64,000 nt of DNA. Source: Centroscyllium fabricii (lineage: Eukaryota). Position numbers and translations under genes: made by a program. The DNA is taken from the NCBI GenBank assembly GCA_051313645.2, contig JBNRSN020000007.1, positions 234,980,001-235,044,000 on the forward strand, read 5' to 3'. Under the pieces are notes generated by a model, which did not search any database, was not told the origin of the DNA, and worked only from the letters and a program-made list of their open reading frames with translations. Of this stretch, positions 47,978 through 61,651 are shown piece by piece (position 1 is the first letter of the stretch; each line of letters starts with the position of its first letter).

Positions 47978-48355
47978 ATAATTCAGATCTAGGCCAGACT
48001 GATTGGATGAATGTCTCCTTTGTCTTCAGGGCTATAAGGTGTTATGTGAATTGAATTTGGGTAGCTTTAATCTAAGTCATAGTGGTCATGGGCCAACACC
48101 ATAAAACTGCTCTTACATTAAATTGGCAATCTCCTGTAGGGAGGCCACAGAGTGCCTGGTGTGGGAGATGGAAAAATATTGCACTGGTGCATTAGGGATG
48201 TCATTCTGAAGCTGGAGCTGAGGCATATTTTTGGGTGGAGTTAGGGAGCTCTACTCCATGGGGCTACTAATTCAACGATGGGTGCCTGACGCACAGAACC
48301 CAGCAGCTACCCACTACCCATATTATTTAGTGTGGAGTCCTAAAACATACACAAG

Positions 48356-49251
48356 GGGCAGGATTTTCCTGAAGGTGTGGGAAATGGGTGGGATCCCCAC
48401 TGATCACTATACCTTCCCACTTTCTGAAGGGTGTGGAATCCCCATGCAATTTTGGCTTAATCAGCCAATCAAGTCCCTGAGTGTGGGAAGATCCCAGCAT
48501 TTGAGGTATTTTGCCTAGAAACTGGGCAGGCTTTGACCTGTGTCAGCAGCAGAGCTGATGATTGGTAGCTGTACTGATAGGCTTGGTGTTTCTCTTTCTG
48601 TGGTTTCAGGGCATTATAATGTCATAATGCTATGTCAACAGATGAAACCACAAATCTAAGAGTGACAGCTTTAAGTAGGCTGCCTCTGTTTGTTTGTGGT
48701 TTCAGTGGAATGTAAACAGAAACTGATGCACTGGTGATTGACAGTGGAGCTGCTTTGCTTCACAGACACAGCTCGCAGCATGATGTCTGTGAGTGAATGG
48801 GATGCAGCTGGTAGGTAAGTGATTTTAAGGTTTTTGGGCACTGAAGTTTGGCACCCTTGGGTGCCAGTTACACCTCCAGCATGTTGGAGGCTAGTAAGCT
48901 GCTGTGTGGCTGCTGTTATCCATGCCTTGAAGGTGACAGTCTCCCAGCCGATTGGGTGCCCGCCAGCTTTCAACGGCGGTGTTCCCACCAGGCGGGTTCT
49001 GGGTGGGAAGAGGGTCAAAATAGCAAGGGCCCCTTAAAGTGGCATTACAAATGCCAATTAAGGACTCCTAATGAGCCTAACGAGCACCCCCGCCAATGCC
49101 GGGCGGGACTGAGGCAGGCCGATCAGACCCGCCGGGTGAAATTGACAAGCTGGCGGGAAGGCGGCGGGAGGGGTCGCGGACCCCCATTTCTGCTATTTCC
49201 ATTGAAGTCGCACCCAGAAACCCACCTCACGGCCCGAGGAAAATCCTGCCC
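48356..49251. mobile_element. Harbinger-like MITE, complete
   Basis: Perfect 15-bp TIR GGGCAGGATTTTCCT / AGGAAAATCCTGCCC; 3-bp TSD AAG at 48353-48355 and 49252-49254. Confidence 0.8.
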
Positions 49252-50724
49252 AAGGTGTTTAGTGCAGCTCAATGAGGCTGGCCAGTGAAAAGGGAACTAA
49301 GACACTGTGCACAAGCTGAGAAGGTATGATCACTGGCATGTAGGTGTGTAGGGCCTGCAGAAATGGTTGGTGGCATCTTGTCACCTGAACCAATTACACA
49401 TCACTGAATCGTGATTATCCTAGCATTCCTTCTTTCCTGCAGTAACATATAAAGCAAAGCATGCATAATGATTAGTCAGACATCCACATCTCTTCGTGAT
49501 GCACTGGGCGTCTGCTGGTGCAGCTTCCTTTAGAAATAGGAACTCCATCAGCACATTTGTCAATGCGAGGTCATTCATTTCTCCCTGCAGATGTGGAGGT
49601 GTGGGTGTCAGCAGAAGGGTACGGAGCTGCTCTTGGGCAGCCTAACCTGCCCTCCATCCCCCGCCCCCCATAGGTTCTTCTCTTCTTCTGACACGTCAAC
49701 TCGGAGAATCTTCACTGGCAGACCAATTGGTCCTCGTAAAGGTAGCTGGGGCAAAAGTAGAAACACCTGACACAAAGGTTCATGAAAGCCGATGTGCCAG
49801 CAGAAACAAATGGAATAAAATTAACAAGAAGGATTTGGAAAAAGGCCTCTCCCTTACAATCTGTGAGCCCCTTAAAGGTTTTCCTACCTAAAGGTCTTCT
49901 CCAAGTCCTCTTACTACCAAGCTTGCTGGGTGTGCCGGGATTTTGGTGGCAAAAATTGTTCTTGAGCAGTGGTGCAAAATAAGCGAGTCTGCAGCCTGTT
50001 TTACACGGCTTTGGAACGAGCTGCCGATTCACTATCGCCCATTTTGCGCTATCGCCCCAGGTCAATTTCAATCCCCTAGAGTCCAGCATATCTGTGGGCT
50101 GAGAAATAGTATATCTTAAATGATGCTCCTCTGATTTTAAATATAAACATAAGCTACAACATGTGCAATCAGTACAGTCCAACATATTTCAAGATTGCTC
50201 TCTGTTATTTTCTCTCTTGCACATAAACAGGCAGCCTTTCAATTTAAAAAGAACTCCATATAGACTTTTACCTCAGTCAAGCTTTTGAAATGTATCCTCT
50301 AGCTTTTCTTCAAATAAATTTGAAAAAGCCCAAGCAGGTACTGCTGGAAGCTGATCATTTCAGCAGTTGGACTGACTAAATGCTGCTGATCCCTCCTGGG
50401 AAATGATATACACGCCATATGCTCAGACAGAGAATCTGTCTTCAACTAATACAGTAAAGGTGAGAAAGCACACTGCTCCAAGTCCTGGCATTTGGGAAAG
50501 GCTGAAGAGTTCAAGTAAAAACATTAATGGAGATACTAAAAGACATGTTTGAGAATTAAGTAGGTAAATTTAATTATGTTACAGTATTGTGAAATTTGTA
50601 ATTAGGTTATGTTTTTCATTTAGCTAAAACCTTACCTTGGACAAAGAAATTTCAATTACTGAAAAAAAGTAGGCTTTTTTTAAAAAAATAGAAGCATTTT
50701 GAGTGATTCAAATAACACATTTAG

Positions 50725-53700
50725 AAAAGGTATAATGCATTTAGAAAAGATAGGGAGGGAAAAAGGGGAGGCGGAGTAACGGTATTTATTAGGGATAGCA
50801 TAATGGCAGCAGACAAAATTGACACAGGTATCAGCAAGACAAAAAATAGAATCCATATGGTAGCGATAAAAGATAATAAAGGATCAATCACACTAATAGG
50901 CATAGTCTACAGACCATCTAATAGTGGAAGGGAGGTTGAGGAAGAAATATGCCGCAAATTAGGGAAATTAGTAAAAAACATAGAATAATAATCATGGGGT
51001 ATTTCAATTACCCCGATATTAATTGGACAGAAGGGGTAGGTTAAGGGGATAAGGGAATGAAGTTCCTACATGTGTACAGGACTCCTTTCTAACCCAATAT
51101 GTAAAAGGTCCAACAAGGGAGGATTCAATACTGGATCTAGTAATGGGGAATGAACCAGAGCAGAGAAGAGAAGTAAAGATAGGGGCACATATAGGCAATA
51201 GTGACCATAATATAATACACTTTAAGATGAGAATTGAGAAGGACATATGTATGACGAAAACCAGGTTAATAGATTGGAGAAAAGATGATTTTGAGGGGCT
51301 GGGAATAGAACTTTGGGAACAAAATGGGCAACAATATTGGCAAACAACGATGTAGAACTGCAATGGGAAACATTTAAAACGAGTGCAGGAAAAATATATT
51401 CTGCTAAAAGGAAAGAACATATTCCGCTAAAAGGAAAGAACAAACTAAACAATAATGAGACTCCGTGGGGGGGATTTTTCCGGAAGTGCGGGAACTTAGT
51501 GGGGATTGGTCAGGGCGGGTTCCTGTCCCGCCAACCCAAAGACCTGGGAACCCCATGCAATTTTCATTTAATTGAGTAATTAAGTCCATGCATTTGGCAG
51601 CCGGTGGTAATTGACTCAATCGAGTCGGGGCTCCAGCGGGGATCGAGCAGCTTGATTGACAGTTCCAGCACTGGTTGTTGACAGTTCCCATGGAAACACT
51701 CCACTGTGACATCACAGTCGAGTGGAACCAATGGGAACGGTCAAGTGCTGGTGACTGACAGGTGGGTGGGTGGGCTCCGAATCCTTGCCAGCTTGACACC
51801 GACTGTGAGGAAATGTGAAAAGCTGAGATTTCTCAGTTTTTGCCCACAACTGGTGCACCCACCATGCTGAAGGCGAGTGAAGCATTTTGCAGCATGTCCT
51901 TCAACACCTTGAAGGAGAAAGTAATGAACAGCGCCGTGCTCCCGCTGGGTTTCACCCAGCAGGGTTTTAGGCTGGCAGGGTTAGGGTGGCAATGGGATGA
52001 AAATTTGGAAGGGCCCTTAAAATGGCATTACACATGCCAATTAAGGGCCCTTAATGAGGTAACAACCCATCCCCGCCTGCCGCCGGTGGGAAGGTTTCGG
52101 GGCAGGGAGTCAGGGCGGGGAAAAATGTTAAAGCAGTGGGGATCTGGCAGGGGGGGTCGCGACCTTCTGGCTCCGCTATTTTGCCGGCCGACCCGCCGAA
52201 AACCCTGCCTCACGGGGACATGAAAATCCCCCCCCATGGATGAATAAAGCCATAGGGAACAATTGAGGGTAAGGAATGAGGCATACATTAAGTACACAGA
52301 CAGCAGGGGAGTGCATTATAAGAGAGAATACAAAAAGATTAGGAGAGAAGTCAAAAAACAATTAGGGAGGCAAAGAGGAACTATGAAATTAAATTATCAA
52401 GGAACATAAAACAATACAGTAAAATATTTTATTGGCACATCAATAAAAAAAGATGGTTGGGATGGGATTAGGGCCATTAAGGGATAGTCAGGATATTACC
52501 ACAGGTAATGATAGAGAGATGACAGAAATATTAAATAATTATTTTGCTTCAGTAGTTATCAGGGAGATAGAACAAGTGGACATGCCATTGGTTGATGAGA
52601 TTAGTAATGAGATAAGTGCATTTAAAATAAAAAAGGGGATATATTAAATAAATTAATCAAACTCAAAGAGAATAAAACCCCTCTGGATGGATTGCATCCA
52701 CACATTTTAAAAGAATCTAGGGAAGAGATAGCAGAGGCATTACTACGCATATATAATAATTCATTAGAAAAAGGTATAGTGCCAGAGGACTGGTGGATAG
52801 TTAATGTAATATCGATTTAAGAAGGGGGATAGAACAAGTTCAGGGAATTATAGACCAGTCAGCTTAATATTGGTGGTAGGAAAAATACTGGAATCCCTAC
52901 TAAAGGAGAAAATAGAAGAACATCTAGAAACCAAAGATATAATAATGAATAGTCAACATGGATTTCAAAAGGGAAAGTCTTGTTTGACCAACTTTATTGA
53001 ATTTTTTGAAGAGGTAACAGAGAGAGTAGACAATGGTAATGCCGTAGATGTAATGTATCTGGATTTTCAAAAGGCCTTCAATAAGGTACCTCATAATAGA
53101 CTGACAAAGAAGGTGACAGAATGCGAAGTCAGGGGACAAGTAGCAGATTGGATTGCTGACTGGCTTCAGGACAGAAAGCACAGAGTAGGAGTAAAGGGTA
53201 GCTATTCACAGTGGCAGAAGGTGGGTCGTGGTGTTCCACTGGGATCAGTGCTGAGACCACTGCTGTTCACAATTTACATTAACAATTTAGACTCAGGAAT
53301 CAAAAACACAATTTCTGAGGAGGACTGCAACAAATTACAGGAGGACATTAATAAACTTGCAGATTGGACATATAATTGGCAAATGAAGTTCAACACAGAT
53401 AAATGTGAGGTATTACATTTCCATAGGAAGAATAAGGAGGTCATTTATCACTTGGAGGGTGCGAGTCTAGGTCAGGTAGAGGAACAAAGGGATCGCGGAG
53501 TACAAATGCACAAATCACTAAAAGTTGCAACACAGGTTAGCAAGGCCATAAAAAAGCAAACCAAGCAGTAGGGTTTATTTCTAGAGGGATAGAATTGAAA
53601 AGTAGGGAAGTTACGCTAAACCTGTATCGAACCTTGATTGGATCACACTTGGAGTACTGTGTGCAGTTCTGGTCGCCATATTATAAAAAGAATATAGAGG

Positions 53701-54193
53701 CACTGGAGAGGGTGCAGAGAAGATTTGCAATGATGATACCAGAAATGTGAGGGTATGCATATCAGGAAAGGATGAACAGGCTGGGTGTCTTTTCTCTTGA
53801 AAAAGAAGGCTGAGGGTGACCTAATAGAGGTTTTTAAAATGATGAAAACTTTGATAGAGTGGAAGTTTCCGCTTGTGGGGAAGAGCATAACTAGTGGCCA
53901 TCAATATAAGATAGTCACCAAGAAATCCAACAGGGAATTCAGAAGAAACTTCTTTACCCAAAGAGTGGTGAGACTGTGGAACTCGCTACCACAGGGAGTG
54001 GTTGAAGTGAATAGTATGGATGCATTTAAGGGGTGGTTAGACAAGCATATGAAGGAAAAGGGAATAGAGGGTTATGCTGATAGATTTAGATGAGAAAAGA
54101 CGGGAGGTGGCTCGTGTGGAGCATAAACGTCAGCATGGACTGGTTGGGTCAAATGGCCTGTTTCTGTGCCGTATATCCTGTGTAATCCTATGA
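50725..54193 (+). mobile_element. CR1 LINE, nearly full ORF2 pseudogene, interrupted by a MITE
   Basis: [73 protein letters not shown]; many stops. Confidence 0.9.
51468..52235. mobile_element. Harbinger-like MITE inserted in CR1 ORF2
   Basis: TIRs GGGGGGATTTT / AAAATCCCCCC; TSD GTG/ATG, and removing the element restores the CR1 PWM codons. Confidence 0.8.
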
Positions 54194-54909
54194 ATCAATT
54201 GGTTCACTTTCTTCATCTTTGATCTGTTCATTCTGTACCTCTTCAGTTATAATTTTCTGCTGTTTAACTTTGATCAACAAAGTCTGACAGTGAAAGCGAG
54301 ATGGGAAAAGTATTACATGAGGTAAGTGTGGCAATTATAAAAAGTGCAAACTATATACAAGGCTTACTATATAAATAATAATTTTAAAACATATCACACA
54401 TTTTTCCTGTTTGTCCACTACTGATTAAGAATGAGTTCTTATATTTGCTCACTGCTATGGCTTCATTCACCATAGGACAAAGAGTTTAACTGCACAGGTG
54501 GACGTCACTTACAGGTCTGGCCATTTGTGCTGTTTTGTTTGGCCCAGATGTAATTAATAATCTCCTCAGTATTCATAACAATGATTCAAAGCAAGTTTTT
54601 GACTGCTTCCTATTGCAGGGTGCTCAAAGGAGACATTCAGTTTGTGTTAGTTTGTTAGGAAAGAGATAAGTCATTCTGTTTGTATTACATTATGAACCCT
54701 CAGACTCAGATAATGCACAGGGCAATGACACATTGCTTAAATACTGTACAAATAAATGGACACAAGTATAAATACTGAATATTGTGCAAAAACTGTACAT
54801 TACAAGTTAAGAAAAACAAAGATTGTAGCAACCAAGTAGGCTAGCCATGAGTTTCCAACATTTCATGTCAAATTTTATCATAAAATCTCCACTTCATTTT
54901 AGAAACAGT

Positions 54910-55703
54910 GGCGGCGGGGGGGGGGGGGGGGGGGGAAGAAGAATCAGGTTTCTGACATGAATGTTCAAGGGCCTGGGAGCCCCACGCAATTTTGGCTTAA
55001 TTGGTCAATTAATTGCCCGCGTGTCAGAGCCCCTGCCAATTGACTGATTCCAGTCAGCAAATGGCGGAGCTGCAGTTGACAGCTGGAGGTTTGCTTGACA
55101 GGGGTAAGGACTGTGTGTTAGTTTCTATGGAAACAGTGCATTGTGACATCACAATGGAGTGCAACCAATCTCAAAGATCAAGTGGGTTGAGTGACAGGTC
55201 TAAGGAATCGCTGGAAAGCTCACTGTTAGGGGCCGTCTCTCTCTGAAGCGTTTCCATTCATCTGTCAGGTAAGTTTCTGGAAAGGTTTCTCCACAGCTGC
55301 TCCTCAGACAAGGGAATCACTTGCACCTGCAGGGTGTTGAAGGCCTGGAAGGCATTCTGCTACAGGTCCTTCAGTGCCTTGAAGGTGAAAGTGACCAAGC
55401 CGACTGTGATCCCCCTAGGTTTCACTGGCGGGGTTTCAGGATGGTGGGGTATGGGTGGGACGGGCTCAAAAATCATGAGGGGCCCTTAAAATGGGATTAC
55501 CCATGGCAATTAAGGGCCCCTAATGAGCACAACGATCAACCCCGCCGGTGGCGGACGGGAAAGATTCGGGCCGGCTAGACACGCCGGCTGAAAACTGCAA
55601 AGCGGTGGGAATCCGGCAGGAGGGGTCGGGACCCCCCCGGTTTTGGGAGTTTAAGCCCCGCCCTGCCGGAAACCCACCCTCATGACCCTCCAAATCCCCC
55701 CCC
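54910..55703. mobile_element. Harbinger-like MITE, left end obscured by a poly-G run
   Basis: Right end CAAATCCCCCCCC then ATA; same AGGGCCC palindromes and internal motifs as the other copies. Confidence 0.65.
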
Positions 55704-57574
55704 ATAGTCTTTTCAATGTGTAACAGTGAAAAGTGTAGAATGATCAATTCTTACAAAAGCAATTCAGTTTAGCCAAAACAAACAGAAGATTTTAAAAGGG
55801 TACCAGCACTGAAGAGTGCTTAACAAACCTTTTTGCAAGTGTTTCTATAAATAGAATGTAAGTGCCACAATCCACAAAATTATTAATGCCACCGTTATGT
55901 CTCTAAACATGTTTTTAAAGGTATATTAAAATAATTAGCACAATCCCACAAAATTATATGGGGAAATTTCATTGAGGAGCAAACATCACATCAGCTACAG
56001 TCAACATAGTTGATAAGAAACAAACGCCCGAAAATCTTCTCCCCCAGTGGAAGTGCCAGGGCATGCCTGCTGGGGACCTTTGCTCCTGACCCAGCCAAAC
56101 TATCCAAGTCGATGGAGGTTTCCTAATTTGAACTTGGCTGGTGGGCATCCATGCCCATATGGGCACATCTTGGATTTCTGCCAGACCAGGAGGGGGCGGG
56201 TGTGGAGTAGATGGCAGCTAATGCAGCAATGGTCAGTTGCTCACTCTTCAGCCGGCAGTCCTGACCCAATAAAAAGTTTTCAAAAAGTCTATCACTCTCT
56301 TGTAAAGGGAACTGATCTCACCCCTGTTTTCTATGGGGTTCAGGCCTGGACCCATAAATGAGCTCCACTTTCACCAGAACAAATGCTGCTATGCCTTATT
56401 CAGACCAGTGTATCATCCACCCAGTGTAACCCATGCCTGGGATGAGAACATTCCTAGCCTGGGAATTCTCTCACTCTGGCCCTGCTTCCTCTGACGTAAG
56501 GGTTTATGTTTGGAGGTTCTGCCCAAATAGGTCTGCCTGGAAACTTATAGATGAGGTTGTTCTCAGCATATATCGGACTTGGTCTAATTCTTAGGCCTTC
56601 TGCCACAATTCGGGACATACTGGAAAGGTCCATGGATTTTTGGAGCCCAGAGTTTCTGGGGTAGGTTGATCCGGCTGTTCCAAAACTAAGTCTGCCTGAA
56701 AGCTCTTTGAAAGAGAGTTGAGACCCCTTTATAAAAAGAGGAAAATTGGCTTCTGAAAGATGAAATCATATAAACTAATAAATGAATAACAATAATGAAT
56801 ATAGTGAGATGATCAGTTATGTGGAATAGACGACTCAGTAAGACAATAGCTTTGGTGCTAAACATGAGTTTGTACAGGTATTTATACATTTATTGTCACT
56901 TAATTTTGATTGAGGAAACAGGGACATAAGAAAGCATGGAATGGGGAAATGCCATTCATTCAGTCAATCTCATTTCTTCGCCAGACCATAAATAATCTGT
57001 TCTATCGTGGATTCTACCCGTCTATTTAACCTCCAGAGGAGAAGATCTGGAAAACTTTTCTCTACCCCAAAAAGTTTCTTTCATCAATCATACCTTGCCT
57101 GACACTCTTGAATATGAATATATATATATTTATTTATACTAATTGTTATTACGTATTGTAATGTAACTTATTAGAAAGTTACAAAGTGCATTCTGTCATT
57201 ATGCGATAGTGAATCTATAAAAAATCTCATGATTTTATCTGCATTTGGAATAAAGTGATTTCCGATTGATACCTAGGCAATCTCCTAGGCTCCCTCAGTG
57301 ATACATTTTTGAAGTAACATGAAATAAAACATGCCAGGTAAGTCAGACCTTTTTTTACATAAACTGAATGCACTCAATTCCTTTTGGCGTACTAGGATTT
57401 ATCAAGATACCCTGGCATTTAACCTATGTTAAATGCCAGGGTATTTAACATTACGAATTAGATTTTTCACATTGCTATTTAATTTCTACCATCTTTTAGC
57501 TTATCCCTCATTTGTTCCTGAGCCTCTGCTCCCCAAATTTACTTCCTTATATCCATGCAGTTCTCCTTAATTCG

Positions 57575-60500
57575 TCACGTGGAACTTACGGGTTGTTGAG
57601 AACCCTGGTGTCCCCAGATATGCCAGCGGACAAAATGCTACAACAGATTATAGACATTTTAAAAGAGAACTTGAACCCCAAACCATCATTTATAGCAGAA
57701 CGCTTCAAGTTCTTTATACATGACCAACAAAAAGTAGAGTCGCAGTCAGAGTACCTAACGGAACTCAGAAGATTGTCTAAAAACTGTGTATTGGGGATGA
57801 ACTGCCAAACTACTTAAGGGACAGACTTGTGTGTGGAATTTTGGATGAATCTACCCAAAAGAGACTATTAGCCAAAAAGACGCTCACGCTAGAGCAGGCG
57901 ATAGATAATCGCAGCAGCACACGAGGCAGCTGCTGTGGGGGCAGCAGAGGTAAGGAACAGGGGGATCTACTATGATACCCATGAAATTACAACCCACACT
58001 AAAAAGTGCTACCATTGCAGCAAGACCACACACCACCAGAGCAAGTGTTGGGCTAAAGATAAGGATTGTCCACAATGTGGCAAGATAGGCCATATAGCGG
58101 CAGTTTGCAGATCTGGGAAGCTAACTAAAATATTACAGAAACAGACCAGGTCTAAGAAGGGCAGGAAGGTACACAAACTCTCTGAAGATGGTTCGGGTGA
58201 CGAATCAGAAAATTCAAATAGGGAAGAATGGGGTCTCGGAAGTCTCAAAGTCCACAATATGGTCAATTCCACAGACCGCAGTATTATGTGGGTTCCCTTC
58301 AAGATCGCGGGGGTTGAAATGTCAATGGAATTAGATACGGGGTCAGCACTATCTGTTATCAATGAAAAAGTTTACAGAAAGGCATTCAGAGGGGTGCCTT
58401 TAGAAGAATCCCCGGTTATTTTAAAAACATATACGGGACAGAAGTTCCAGACAATGGGGAGACTGCCCGTAACAGTTCAATATAAGTACAAGGAAGTAAA
58501 GGGGCTATATATATATGTCCTGAGGGATGGTGGATCGCCACTTCTGGGGCGGGAATGGATCAGGAGGATCCACCTCGACTGGAGTACAGTAAACAATCTC
58601 CAGATTTCGAGTAAGACCAACGGTAAACGATCGGTTGATGGGAGACTAACCACAATATTTGAGAAAAACCCAGAGGTTTTCCAACCTGGGCTGGGGAAAT
58701 TAAAGAATATAAGTGCTAAAGTGACGATTGCACAGGGGGCCACACCACAATTTGCAAAAGCACGGCCGGTACCATATGCCATAAGACCAGCTGTGGAGGC
58801 AGAATTAGAGGCCTTAGAATCAGAAGGGGTCTTGTCGAAGGCCGAATGGAGCGTGTGGGCAACACCCATAGTGCCGGTAATAAAAAGAGCACAGAATAAA
58901 GAGGGTGAACAGAAAAAAGTCCGCATTTGCGGGGATTTCAAAATGACCGTTAATCATGTTCTGAAGGTTGTACAGTACCCACTACCAAGGACTGAAGACA
59001 TTTTTGCTTCTTTAGCAGGTGGGAAACGTTTTAGTAAGATTGACCTTTTGCAAGCGTACTTGCAGATGGAGGTGGAACAGGATTCCAGGAAGCTGCTGAT
59101 CATTAATACACACAAAGGGCTGTACCAATACAACCGAATGGTATTCGGGATTGCGTCAGCTCCAGCCATATGGCAGAGGGCCATGGACCAGGTATTACAA
59201 GGTATTCCAGGGACACAATGCTACCTGGATGACATTCTAGTAACGGGAAAAATGGATGGGGAACATTTGGCCAATCTAGAAATGGTATTGGAGAGACTAA
59301 AGTAGTATGGTCTGCGGGCCAACAAACAAAGGTGCGAATTCTTCAAGGACCGCATTTCATATTGCGGACACGAGATGGATAGCGAGGGTCTCCATAAATC
59401 GCCAGACAAGATTGCAGCCGTTGTAAATGCCCCACCCCCTGAAAACATTTCACAGTTACGGTCATTCTTGGGCCTCATAAATTATTATAAGTTCCTACCC
59501 AACTTGTCAACAGTGATATACCCACTGAATGCACTACTCCAAGCGGGAACACCCTGGAGGTGGGAGGAAACCTGTGAGGCAGCTTTTCAGAATAGTAAAA
59601 ACATGATCACCTCCAGAGAAGTGTTGGTCCATTTTGATCCCAGCTTGCCCATAAGATTGGCATGTGATGCATCCCCGTATGGCATTGGGGCGGTGCTATC
59701 ACACAAATGTCGAGATGGTTCAGAAAGACCAATCGCATTTGCGTCTAAATCACTCACCACAGCAGAGAAAGATTACGCCCAGATAGACCGAGAAGCACTC
59801 AGCCTCGTGTGGGGAGTGAAAAAGTTTCATCACTACTTACACGGGCAGAAATTCACTCTATTGACTGATCACCAACCTTTGGTCTCGATATTCCACCCGG
59901 GAAAAGGGGTACCCCAGATAAGACGGCTCAGAGGCTACAGTGATGGGCATTGTTCTTGGGTGCACACCAATACACAATCGAACATAAGGGAACCAAATGG
60001 CATGGCAATGCGGATGGCCTGTCTCGGCTACCCCTGCCAGAAACAGGAGAGGAGGGACAACAAGATCCTTTAGATATGTATCACACAGCAGTGGTGGAAC
60101 ACTTGCCCGTTACTAGCCAGCAAATAGAACGGGAAACTAGGAATGACGCTATCCTGTCAAAAATTTACAGCATCACGGTAAAAGGGTGGTCCAGGGAGGA
60201 CCTAACCCTATGGCGAGATTACGCGGCAAGAAAAGACCAGTTGTCGGTCTGCCGGGGCACGTTAATGTGCGGGGCAAGAGTGGTGATTTCACCAAAATTA
60301 CGAAAGAAAGTCTTAAGTGACTGACACAAAGGACACTTGGGGGGTGTCAAGATGAAGTCCCTAGCCAGGGCATACGTGTGGTGGCCGGGGATCAACAAAG
60401 ACATCGAACAACTGGCAAAATAATATTTAGGTTGCCAGATGGTGCAGAATGCACCGCCCCAGGCACCCCTACACACTTGGGAGTGGCCATCATCCCCGTG

Positions 60501-61651
60501 GCAAAGGATCCACATTGATTTCGCTGGGCCATTTATGGACGCTATGTTCCTTGTGGTAGTGGACGCCCATTCCAAATGGCCAGAGGTGATAAAAATGTCC
60601 TCCGCCACAGCGGAAAAGACAGTAGCGGTTGTCCGGACCATGTTCGCCAGAAATGGCGTCCCTGAACAAATCTGCTCAGATAACAGACCTCAATTCGTTT
60701 CTGAAGAGTTCCAGTCGTTCCTAAAAAGGAACGGAATACAGTATTATAGATCAGTGCCATATCACCCGGCCACTAATGGATTGGCCGAAAGGTTCGTCCA
60801 GACGTTCAAAAAGGCCTTCAAGGCCATGGGGGGAGGAAAGTTGGCTTTGCAACACAAAGTCGATAATTTCCTATTTGCGTACCGCAACGTTGCCCACACA
60901 ATAACTAACCAAGCGCCTGCAGTTTTGTTTTTTAACAGGAGATTATGCAACAGACTGGATCTGTTACAACCTAACATCAGACGAGATGTGGAAAACCGAG
61001 TGTTCCAAAGAGCTTCTGACAGGGAAATCAGGAGCTTCGAAGTGGGTCAAGCTGTAATGGCCTGAGACTATCAAAACGATAAATGGCAGGCCGGAACTAT
61101 CAGCCACCGACAAGGACCATTATCGTACACTGTGGACACACCAGAGGGGCAAATTCAAAGACACGCTGACCAAATTGTGAAGGCTACGGTAACCATTAAA
61201 ATGTTGCCTCAGACCGTGGTACCAACAGAACAGACGATCTCCCAGGACACTATCACAGAAGACGAGGTGCTTGAGGGCAGTCTACCGGATGTAGACATGG
61301 ATAGTGAGTCACCAAGGACCACTACCACACCGGCCGTTAGAAGACAGTATCCGGCTAGAGACTGAAGACCCCCTCAGAGACTGAACCTTTAAACATAACT
61401 AGAACATGTACATTTACTACTGTTTGTAAAAATCGTTAATTGTTATTCCCCTCGTATTCTGAAGCATTGTAACCGAAAAGGTAAATTAAGAGGGGAGGAA
61501 TGTTGTGTATGTGCCTTTAAGTAATTATACTGGGCACTACTTTGTGTAGGGCCATAATACTGTAGTACCGCGGTCTACCACAAGCGTATATAAGTTCGTA
61601 CGTGGAGGGATATGTTCAGTTCCATACTCTGTAATTGAAGAATAATCACCT
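57575..61651 (+). mobile_element. Mag-clade-like Gypsy, 5'-truncated, decayed
   Basis: gag remnant (AERFKF, DRLVCG), two CCHC knuckles, protease ELDTGS, RT WATPIVPV/RICGDFK/YLDDILV, RNase H CDASPYG, integrase IHIDFAGP...NGLAERFV; several stops; PPT AAGAGGGGAGGAA to 61500; 3' LTR starts at 61501 and is interrupted at 61652. Confidence 0.85.

Noticed and set aside
50636-50658. 23-nt minus-strand micro-exon candidate (tttttttcag|TAATTGAAATTTCTTTGTCCAAG|gtaagg)
   Set aside because: The splice signals look good, but the frame needed to join the next HNF4A exon contains TGA and there is no similarity to known HNF4A first exons; it cannot be supported without RNA data.
54916-54935. Poly-G run as a functional G-quadruplex
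   Set aside because: It coincides with the G-rich MITE terminus; slippage or a homopolymer sequencing artefact is more likely.
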